From the NCBI RefSeq assembly GCF_051903065.1, contig NZ_CP178438.1: a stretch of 64,000 nucleotides of DNA, one strand, 5' to 3'. Of this stretch, positions 50,197 through 58,900 are shown piece by piece (position 1 is the stretch's first letter; the number at the start of each line of letters is the position of its first letter). The notes below the pieces were generated by a model that did no database searches, was not told where the DNA came from, and saw only the letters and a list, made by a program, of their open reading frames with translations. The position numbers and the translations under genes are program-made. The stretch is from Escherichia coli. GTDB lineage: Bacteria > Pseudomonadota > Gammaproteobacteria > Enterobacterales > Enterobacteriaceae.

Positions 50197-50694
50197 ATGC
50201 TGAAACCAGAAATGATTGAAAAACTTAATGAGCAGATGAACCTGGAACTGTACTCTTCACTGCTTTATCAGCAAATGAGCGCCTGGTGCAGCTATCATAC
50301 CTTCGAAGGTGCTGCCGCGTTCCTGCGCCGTCACGCCCAGGAAGAGATGACGCATATGCAGCGTCTGTTTGATTACCTGACTGATACCGGCAATTTACCG
50401 CGTATTAATACCGTTGAATCTCCGTTTGCTGAATATTCCTCACTTGATGAATTATTCCAGGAAACCTATAAACACGAACAATTAATCACCCAGAAAATTA
50501 ACGAACTGGCTCATGCTGCAATGACCAATCAGGACTACCCAACATTTAATTTCCTGCAGTGGTATGTTTCTGAGCAGCATGAAGAAGAGAAACTGTTCAA
50601 ATCGATTATTGATAAATTAAGCCTGGCAGGCAAAAGCGGCGAAGGTCTGTATTTTATCGACAAAGAACTCTCTACCCTCGACACACAAAACTAA
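50197..50694 (+). CDS. ftnA: ferritin FtnA
   Basis: 165 aa from [13 protein letters not shown]. Confidence 0.95.
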
Positions 50695-50700
50695 TGCTCT

Positions 50701-50728
50701 CCGGCGGCAGGTTTCTGCCGCCGTTTCA
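50701..50728. terminator. terminator hairpin between convergent ftnA and yecH
   Basis: ggcggcag-gttt-ctgccgcc hairpin followed by T-rich tract. Confidence 0.7.
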
Positions 50729-50730
50729 AA

Positions 50731-50970
50731 TCAGTGACGGCAAATCTTACTCTGATCGGTCGAAAAACCGTATTCTGAAGGTATAAATTTGCCTTTTGCT
50801 GCCAGAAACGCTACCAGCTCTCCCGCTGTCATCCCTTCTGCCGAGCAAGTGTGAAAACGTGCCTGTTCACCAAAACGCGCTTTAATCGCAGCTTCCAGAC
50901 TGGCATGCGTATATTGCTCGCCTGATTCAATCATCATATTTAACACTTCATGACCGTGAATAGAGTCCAT
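50731..50970 (-). CDS. yecH: YecH (DUF2492)
   Basis: 79-aa ORF matching YecH. Confidence 0.9.
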   Translation of the reverse strand: MDSIHGHEVLNMMIESGEQYTHASLEAAIKARFGEQARFHTCSAEGMTAGELVAFLAAKGKFIPSEYGFSTDQSKICRH

Positions 50971-51052
50971 CGTTCCTCCTCAAAAAAAGCCTAGCGTAGC
51001 GATTGCCGCTTATGAAGACTTTGCGCCAGCGCAGGACTGAATGCTTTTTATT

Positions 51053-51092
51053 GTACATTTATATTTACACCATATGTAACGTCGGTTTGACG
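51053..51092. promoter_or_regulatory. TyrR boxes in tyrP promoter
   Basis: TGTACAtttataTTTACA strong box plus adjacent weaker TGTAACgtcggtTTGACG. Confidence 0.75.
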
Positions 51093-51160
51093 AAGCAGCC
51101 GTTATGCCTTAACCTGCGCCGCAGATATCACTCATAAAGATCGTCAGGACAGAAGAAAGC

Positions 51161-52372
51161 GTGAAAAACAGAACCCTGGGAAGTGTTTTTATCGTGGCGG
51201 GAACCACAATTGGCGCAGGCATGCTGGCAATGCCGCTGGCTGCGGCAGGTGTTGGTTTTAGCGTCACGTTAATCTTGTTGATTGGGCTTTGGGCGTTGAT
51301 GTGCTACACGGCGCTATTACTGCTGGAGGTGTACCAGCATGTTCCGGCAGATACCGGCCTGGGCACGCTGGCAAAACGCTATCTGGGACGCTACGGTCAG
51401 TGGCTGACGGGCTTCAGTATGATGTTCTTAATGTATGCTCTGACTGCGGCATACATCAGCGGTGCTGGTGAATTGTTGGCTTCCAGCATCAGCGACTGGA
51501 CAGGTATTTCAATGTCGGCAACCGCTGGCGTGCTGTTGTTCACTTTTGTTGCCGGTGGCGTGGTTTGTGTCGGGACATCGCTGGTCGATTTATTTAACCG
51601 TTTTCTGTTCAGCGCCAAAATTATTTTTCTGGTGGTAATGCTGGTACTACTGCTACCGCATATTCACAAAGTGAATCTTTTAACCCTGCCGTTGCAACAG
51701 GGGCTGGCACTGTCTGCAATCCCGGTGATTTTTACGTCGTTTGGTTTTCACGGTAGTGTGCCGAGTATTGTCAGCTATATGGATGGCAACATTCGTAAGC
51801 TACGCTGGGTGTTTATAACCGGTAGTGCGATCCCCCTGGTGGCATATATTTTCTGGCAGGTGGCGACGCTTGGCAGCATTGATTCAACAACCTTTATGGG
51901 ATTGCTGGCTAATCATGCCGGATTAAACGGGCTGCTACAGGCGTTACGCGAAATGGTGGCCTCTCCGCATGTTGAACTGGCGGTGCATTTATTTGCTGAT
52001 TTAGCCCTCGCCACGTCATTTCTCGGCGTTGCGTTAGGCTTATTTGATTATCTGGCTGATTTGTTTCAGCGTTCAAATACCGTTGGTGGAAGATTGCAAA
52101 CGGGTGCAATTACCTTTCTGCCGCCGTTGGCGTTTGCACTGTTTTATCCACGAGGATTTGTGATGGCGCTGGGTTACGCCGGTGTGGCGCTGGCGGTACT
52201 GGCATTGATTATCCCTTCACTATTGACCTGGCAAAGCAGAAAGCACAATCCTCAGGCGGGTTACCGGGTCAAAGGTGGTCGTCCGGCGCTGGTGGTGGTG
52301 TTTCTCTGTGGTATTGCTGTGATTGGCGTGCAATTTTTGATTGCGGCAGGGTTGTTACCAGAAGTGGGGTGA
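51161..52372 (+). CDS. tyrP: tyrosine-specific permease
   Basis: 403-aa ORF with GTG start ([14 protein letters not shown]). Confidence 0.95.
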   Translation: MKNRTLGSVFIVAGTTIGAGMLAMPLAAAGVGFSVTLILLIGLWALMCYTALLLLEVYQHVPADTGLGTLAKRYLGRYGQWLTGFSMMFLMYALTAAYISGAGELLASSISDWTGISMSATAGVLLFTFVAGGVVCVGTSLVDLFNRFLFSAKIIFLVVMLVLLLPHIHKVNLLTLPLQQGLALSAIPVIFTSFGFHGSVPSIVSYMDGNIRKLRWVFITGSAIPLVAYIFWQVATLGSIDSTTFMGLLANHAGLNGLLQALREMVASPHVELAVHLFADLALATSFLGVALGLFDYLADLFQRSNTVGGRLQTGAITFLPPLAFALFYPRGFVMALGYAGVALAVLALIIPSLLTWQSRKHNPQAGYRVKGGRPALVVVFLCGIAVIGVQFLIAAGLLPEVG

Positions 52373-52433
52373 TTAGATAGCCTCAAATTCCTTATTGGGT
52401 GCCAGAATTAACGCTGACACCCAATTTGACTTC

Positions 52434-53099
52434 TTAATGCAGGCAGCACTGCTTAAATTTCTTACCACTACCGCACGGGCAAGGATCGTTACGCCCCGGT
52501 TTCTCTTCTGCTATGATCGGTTGCTGAACAGCTTTTTCCTGCGGATGCGCCATCCAGTATGCATGTAAATCAAGCGCCGCCAGTCGAATGGCATCTACGC
52601 TCTCTTCAAACGCTTCTGGCGACATCTTCTCTACCCGCTCGAAGTTTTCCTGAGTACCGTGCAGCGCTATCGCCTCCAGCGCTGGTTTTAACGAATCGGG
52701 CAATGTTGACCAGTCAGAAAGTGCCACGCCCCGCATATAGCCAAAGCACCACTCCTCAACAATCGTCAGCTCGCTGCCATCAACTTCTCGCAAGCCGAAT
52801 AACGGCTCAAACTGCTCCGGGAATTCGTTCAGACGCTCTGCGGTATCGGCCATATGTTGAAAAGCCAGGTTCATAAAGCGCGTCATCTCTTTCTCTGACG
52901 CCCAGCGCGGCACATAGTCAGCCCCACCCCACACGGCAACCAGCCACTGTGCCGGTTCAATCTCTTGCGGAGAACTCAACACCGCCGTCAATAAACCGTC
53001 CAGCTCCGCCACATCAAGGATGGCGTGGTCAGTGTTGTATTTGGTCAGAATATCGTCCAGCCATTCCAACTCACTTTCGTTTAACGGTCCCGTTTTCAT
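52434..53099 (-). CDS. yecA: YecA (UPF0149, C-terminal SEC-C metal-binding motif)
   Basis: 221-aa ORF ending [15 protein letters not shown]. Confidence 0.93.
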   Translation of the reverse strand: MKTGPLNESELEWLDDILTKYNTDHAILDVAELDGLLTAVLSSPQEIEPAQWLVAVWGGADYVPRWASEKEMTRFMNLAFQHMADTAERLNEFPEQFEPLFGLREVDGSELTIVEEWCFGYMRGVALSDWSTLPDSLKPALEAIALHGTQENFERVEKMSPEAFEESVDAIRLAALDLHAYWMAHPQEKAVQQPIIAEEKPGRNDPCPCGSGKKFKQCCLH

Positions 53100-53227
53100 A
53101 CGCTTTTCCTTGTGGATCTCAACTCGCCAGCACCTATCTTACATGCCGGTCCGTATCAGAGATACTTTTTGAGTGGCTTTGCCGGTGATTAAAAATCAAG
53201 GAGGGTGTAACGACAAGTTGCAGGCAC

Positions 53228-53250
53228 AAAAAAACCACCCGAAGGTGGTT
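53228..53250 (-). terminator. rho-independent terminator (tRNA-operon terminator homologue), repeat copy 1
   Basis: minus strand ccacc-ttcg-ggtgg hairpin + T7. Confidence 0.75.
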
Positions 53251-53294
53251 TCACGACACTGCTTATTGCTTTGATTTTATTCTTATCTTTCCCA

Positions 53295-53350
53295 TGGTAC
53301 CCGGAGCGGGACTTGAACCCGCACAGCGCGAACGCCGAGGGATTTTAAAT
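53295..53350 (-). other. 3' fragment (56 nt) of tRNA-Leu(UAA), att-site remnant
   Basis: revcomp ATTTAAAATCCCTCGGCGTTCGCGCTGTGCGGGTTCAAGTCCCGCTCCGGGTACCA = 3' part of leuZ from anticodon loop to CCA; 5' half absent. Confidence 0.85.
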
Positions 53351-53529
53351 TCTACGCAGGATCAATGAGTTACATAGCAGTGCATTGCGAAACTTTGCTG
53401 TAATTGTTTACTCATTTTACTGTAATTGGCAGTAAATAGATAGACTTGGATAACTTTGAGCACAGAATCTGCACAGGTAAGTCCCCTCTCACGGAGGCCT
53501 ACCTGTGCTATATCTATATGACTGCAAAG

Positions 53530-54171
53530 TTACGAGTTTGACTGGAAATCTTCAATTATCTTCTGATTGTAATCATCCAGATACTTTTGCAGTTCATCCC
53601 TGTCGATCAGACGTACCAAGGCTGATTCAGCTAACTCTTTCGCAGAGCGAGTGAGTAGGAATTAGTCACAACCATCGCCTCATCACAACCATAGAATGTT
53701 TTAGCAGAGATCACCTGCTGCACCGCCGAGTTACCTACAGAACCAGAATAATTTTTCGCCTGAATAACCATATCCTTACCAAATCGAGTGACGAAGAGAT
53801 CTGCCCCCTGATCTTGCGTTCTCTTGGTTTCTTTGACGTCATAGCCCATAGTCTGGAATACTTCCACAAGGAAATCTTCAAACTGGAAACCGTCCATTGC
53901 ATCAACTAAATACATGGTGACGAATTTGTTAGGGTTAAAATGTTCGAGCCGTGTAGCTAATCTATCAACCAGAATATCAAAATAAATATGTTCGCACACA
54001 GCTAAGTATTTTTTAACTTCATCAAATGAAACTAAAGGAACACCAGGCGTAGCCTCCACTTTTTCATTGAACTCTACTGATGAGAACTCTATTTTATTGC
54101 TCCATATATAGAATAGAAACAATGAAAGATCTGCCCTAAAAGTGGTACCCGCTTCCTCAATCCATGACTTC
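53530..54171 (-). pseudogene. Mrr-like (PD-(D/E)xK) restriction endonuclease pseudogene: 5' truncated by IS1, frameshift near 3' end
   Basis: ORF 53631..54185 has Mrr_cat-like ...GADLFVTRFGKDMVIQAKNYSGSVGNSAVQQV...; its apparent TTG start lies inside the IS1 end; -1 frame past the stop reads AKELAESALVRLIDRDELQKYLDDYNQKIIEDFQSNS. Confidence 0.7.
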
Positions 54172-54226
54172 GGTGATGCTGCCAACTTACTGATTTAGTG
54201 TATGATGGTGTTTTTGAGGTGCTCCA

Positions 54227-54502
54227 GTGGCTTCTGTTTCTATCAGCTGTCCCTCCTGTTCAGCTACTGACGGGGTGGTGCGTAACGGCAAAAGCACCGC
54301 CGGACATCAGCGCTATCTCTGCTCTCACTGCCGTAAAACATGGCAACTGCAGTTCACTTACACCGCTTCTCAACCCGGTACGCACCAGAAAATCATTGAT
54401 ATGGCCATGAATGGCGTTGGATGCCGGGCAACAGCCCGCATTATGGGCGTTGGCCTCAACACGATTTTACGTCACTTAAAAAACTCAGGCCGCAGTCGGT
54501 AA
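54227..54502 (+). CDS. insA: IS1 InsA
   Basis: 91-aa [25 protein letters not shown]... Confidence 0.95.
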
Positions 54503-54924
54503 CCTCGCGCATACAGCCGGGCAGTGACGTCATCGTCTGCGCGGAAATGGACGAACAGTGGGGCTATGTCGGGGCTAAATCGCGCCAGCGCTGGCTGTTT
54601 TACGCGTATGACAGGCTCCGGAAGACGGTTGTTGCGCACGTATTCGGTGAACGCACTATGGCGACGCTGGGGCGTCTTATGAGCCTGCTGTCACCCTTTG
54701 ACGTGGTGATATGGATGACGGATGGCTGGCCGCTGTATGAATCCCGCCTGAAGGGAAAGCTGCACGTAATCAGCAAGCGATATACGCAGCGAATTGAGCG
54801 GCATAACCTGAATCTGAGGCAGCACCTGGCACGGCTGGGACGGAAGTCGCTGTCGTTCTCAAAATCGGTGGAGCTGCATGACAAAGTCATCGGGCATTAT
54901 CTGAACATAAAACACTATCAATAA
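54421..54924 (+). CDS. insB: IS1 InsB (expressed as InsAB' by -1 frameshift at A6C, 54476..54484)
   Basis: 167-aa [19 protein letters not shown]...; slippery TTAAAAAAC present. Confidence 0.93.
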
Positions 54925-55001
54925 GTTGGAGTCATTACCGCCGCTTCACGCAATATCATTTCAGGCTGGCCCGGGAGCTTAATATTCCTCCCCAGGCAAT
55001 C

Positions 55002-55364
55002 GTGTATGCCAATCTACTGGCGTGGGATTACGACGGACTGACCCCTCTCAATCGCCCTCAAAATGAAGTGCAGGAAGTTATATTAGCCTCGCTGAAGCTG
55101 CTGGCGGTACAAATTAAACACCTTGAGCCTGATTTCATCATCTTTGCATCTGGAGCCCGGAGAACAGACTACATCATAAAACAGGTGCTTACTGAGCTGG
55201 GCGGCTATGAGACTTCTGCAGTCATTCCGGGGAAGCTATGGGAGTTCAAAACAGGTAATGCAATCTGTTTCAGAATTGCCCATCCAAGGGCTATGCGCGG
55301 ACACAAGAAGTACAGAGATGAGGTGATTGCACGAATTAAGCAACTTTGTACTCAGGGTGGCTAG
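55002..55364 (+). CDS. hypothetical protein, possibly 5'-truncated gene remnant
   Basis: 120-aa ORF from GTG; frame stays open back to the IS1 junction (54942), so likely a C-terminal fragment. Confidence 0.4.
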   Translation: MYANLLAWDYDGLTPLNRPQNEVQEVILASLKLLAVQIKHLEPDFIIFASGARRTDYIIKQVLTELGGYETSAVIPGKLWEFKTGNAICFRIAHPRAMRGHKKYRDEVIARIKQLCTQGG

Positions 55365-55541
55365 AGCATTACAGTTTGCTCAGCAGGCCCCCCCTTCCCG
55401 GAAGAGTACCGGAAAACAGGCAAAGCGGCCTGGTTCTCTATGCTGGAGGCGACACGTTCAATTCGGCATTGCCAGGCTGTAGATTGCAGCTCATTGCACC
55501 CCGTGAGCACAGGATATGCACAGGGCGTGAATTGCATGCAC

Positions 55542-55567
55542 AAAAAAACCACCCGGAGGTGGTTTCA
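55542..55567 (-). terminator. rho-independent terminator, repeat copy 2
   Basis: A7 + ccaccc-gga-ggtgg hairpin, homologous to 53228..53250. Confidence 0.7.
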
Positions 55568-55606
55568 CGACACTGCTTATTGCTTTGATTATTCTGATGT
55601 TTCCCA

Positions 55607-55662
55607 TGGTACCCGGAGTGGGACTTGAACCCACACAGCGCGAACGCCGAGGGATTTTAAAT
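55607..55662 (-). other. second 3' fragment of tRNA-Leu(UAA), diverged
   Basis: same 56-nt fragment with two substitutions (gagTggg / cccAcac) that stay base-paired in the T-stem. Confidence 0.85.
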
Positions 55663-55938
55663 TCTACGTAGGATCAATGAGTTACATAGCAGTGCATTGC
55701 GAAACTTTGCTGACGTTGAATGGTCGTCTTTGCAACCACTGGCAGAAAATGGATAGCCGTAGATTGCGTTGAGCACAGAAACAGCACAGGGTAATCGTCT
55801 ACCTGGTCCTGTAAAGGAGGTTGTTGCCACACAAGCTAAAGCGCTTGACCTGCCCCCAGTATTCGGTACAACTGTCAGTTAGTAATGGACTGACCCCACC
55901 CCGGTAGACGATCCTGCCCTATAGTTACCTTTAACTAA

Positions 55939-58900
55939 TTATGCCAATTCAGACTCAAACGCTGCATCATTCGCTTCAGCCTCTGCGCCATCAATTAATG
56001 CCAAGACTCGGTCAAGAAAGCGTTGCGCTTCGTATACATCTGTTGCTTGCCGCAGATAATGAGGTATTCGTTCAACAAACTCGGAACGTGATAAAGGCTG
56101 ATGTTCCAGCAAAGCCTCAAGCATTGCGGGCCGCAACAAACGACGATCAGCATCAACATTAGGAAGCTCAACCTCAATGACATGTGTGGCAAAATACTTA
56201 AGTTGCTCCTTAAGCCCCAAATTGGGCATAAGAGAATCAATTGAGTCAGACGCCACTTCAGCGCTTGACTCAATCGTTTCTACATATTCATAGGAAGGTA
56301 CAACAACGTCTGGAGCCAATGTTTTAAGCTCATGGAGTTTACGGATAATCGGAGATAGAACCTCATCAGGATTACTGAACCAATCAGTGGACCAAATGCG
56401 GCTAATTCTCCAACCCAAACGCTCCAGAACCTCTTGACGCAAACGGTCACGATCACGAGCAGATTTAGCTGAGTGATAAGCCGCACCATCACACTCTATG
56501 CCCATTAAGTAACGGCCAGGACAACCTGGATCTTTCACAGCTAGATCAATAAAGAATCCTGCAACCCCTACCTGAGGTTCACACTCAAACCCAGCGTGAT
56601 TGAGTGCTTCCATTACAGCAACCTCAAAGTCACTATCTGGAGCCCTGCCGGTATGCGTTGTGAGGGAATCTAGTTTGCCACTTTCGGCAAACTGTAAAAA
56701 ACCTTTCAACGAAATAACACCAAGTTTACTGATTTCACTCGTCAATACATCTTCAGAACGCATTGAACTAAACACATGCATCCGTTTTTTTGATCGAGTG
56801 AAAAGCACATTCAAGCGACGCCAGCCAACATCGGAATTGATAGGTCCAAAGCGTTGATAAACCTTTCCACCATGCTCAGAAGGTCCATAGGTAAAGGAAA
56901 TAAAGATTACATCACGCTCATCCCCTTGAACGTTCTCAAGGTTTTTCACAAAAAGTGGCTCTTCCATGGCATATAAGCCATCGATTGCATCGTTAAATTC
57001 AGGGCGATTTCGGCGCAATTCATCGATAGCGCGCTCAATTTGATCGCGTTGCTTGGAACTCATGGCCACTACCCCGAGTGACTCACCCGGCCGGTGTTGC
57101 GCATGATGAAGTACGGCCTCAGCAACTGCTTGGGCTTCTTCAATATTGTGTTGATTGGAGAACCGACCTTTTGACACATAGGTAAATTTAATCCCATACT
57201 CTGGAGACTCAGCATTTGGGGAAGGGAATATCACCAAATCACTGTTATAAAAATGGCGGTTAGAGTATGCAATCAACTTTTCATGTCGTGAACGATAGTG
57301 CCAACGCAAACGTCTCATAGGAAACAGTGGCAAAGCAGCATCCAAAATGCTGTCAGTATCACTTAAAGCCGCGGCATCATCGTCATCTTCTCCGTCGGCA
57401 CTTCGATCAAAGAAACTGGTTGGTGGTAGCTGTTTCGGGTCACCAACGACCACTAGTTGCTTGCCCCTCGCGATGACACCCAATGCATCCTCTGGCTTCA
57501 CCTGAGACGCTTCGTCCATCACCACCAGATCAAATTCCATTCGTCCAGGTTCTAGGTAATGAGCTGCTGACATTGGCCCCATCATGAAACAAGGTTTAAT
57601 TGCAACCAGCGCATTACATGCACGGTTAACCAATTGCCTAATTGGAATATGTCTGGTTTTTTTACCCAACTCATTTTTGATCAAAGCTAGTTCTGTATAT
57701 TCACTTTTCTTACCACCAGAATTCCCTTCTGGTATATTTCGGCAAGCAATTTTTGCTGCAATCCGCTGACGTTGTAATTCAATCAGTTTTTTATCGTAAT
57801 CTTTAAATGACTTCTGCAAAGCATTGCGCTGTGAGCCGGAAACTCTCATCAATTCAGGGTGGATGTGAATAACCTCCCGCGCCAGCTGGTCATGAATTGC
57901 TAATGCTAAACCCAATTCAACTTTTTCAATCGGGAGCGAGCCCGCAAGTACAGCACTCCAGATTCGCTGCAATCCATTTTCATGCATCTGCTCGTAACAA
58001 CGAATAAAGTTAACCCACCCGTTCAACCAACGGGGTTGCTGTATTGCTCTTTCGTTGCGCTCGATTAATGTATTAAGAGAACCATCAGTCGACTTGAGCC
58101 ACTGACTCCGCTCTAACTTTGTTTCTAGCGCATATAACTCAGCATTTTTAATCTGTTCATTCCATTTCGAAACTATTTCCCCACCATCACGACATAGTAA
58201 ATCGTAATCACTACCACTAGCCAAATGTCTGATCTGGGTAGCCAAGGATACGCAATTTATCTTATCAACCAGTTGCTCGGCAAAATTCAGCGTGTCGTTA
58301 ATAGTGTCTAACGTCAGTTGATTATTTTTATACGCACCGCAAGCCAATGGGGTTAATTGTAAAAACGCCCCTAACTGTAACGAGTCATTTTCAAGGGATA
58401 TCTGAAGATCGTTTATGTTTTGCAAAATCTCGGAGGAATGAGTCATCTGCTCTAATGATATATCTGGATTGATAAACCATCCCTGCAAGGCAATGAGAGT
58501 ATTCCGCACCTGTCGGTAAGATTGCATCAATACACCTTGCTCACCTAACCAAGATGCATGTTCTTCCAACAAGCTAGAAATACGCGGTAATAACTTAGCC
58601 TCGTGCTCGACCCGTTTAACCAAAGTCATTAATCTTGAGCTAATCTGCGATTTCTCGATTAAATGCACACCTTTGATAATCTCACCATCTAGGTTAAATA
58701 ATCCAGAGCCTATCGCAACTCGCTTTCCAAAACCTATCCCGTAACAAGCTCGGACCTTCTTGTACCAATCACGCAATAACATGAGTTGTTCACAGTCGGT
58801 GTCCAACCCTCGGAATGCATTACCAAGTTGATTACCAAAGTCACTTTGTTCAAACCGTTGTAACAGCTCCGAATACTTGAGCAAATCAGCTGAGCAGCGT

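Larger units (their letters stand above)
53224..53400. repeat. direct repeat copy 1 (~177 bp; terminator + tRNA-Leu 3' fragment + island arm)
   Basis: about 90% identical to 55538..55712 by eye. Confidence 0.85.
54172..54939 (+). mobile_element. IS1 insertion sequence (768 bp), no target-site duplication
   Basis: left end GGTGATGCTGCCAACTTACTGATTTAGTG, right end ...AAGTTGGAGTCATTACC; flanks catgacttc vs gccgcttca differ. Confidence 0.97.
55538..55712. repeat. direct repeat copy 2 (~175 bp)
   Basis: homologous to 53224..53400; weaker homology continues about 100 bp further right. Confidence 0.85.

Noticed and set aside
53295-53350. Intact tRNA gene
   Set aside because: Only the 3' 56 nt of tRNA-Leu is present; acceptor 5' arm and D-arm are replaced by unrelated sequence (same for 55607..55662)
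55663-55938. Possible integrase or small regulatory gene between att repeat and helicase stop
   Set aside because: No ORF with credible start or RBS; region is homologous to the island arm right of repeat copy 1, so likely a non-coding att arm
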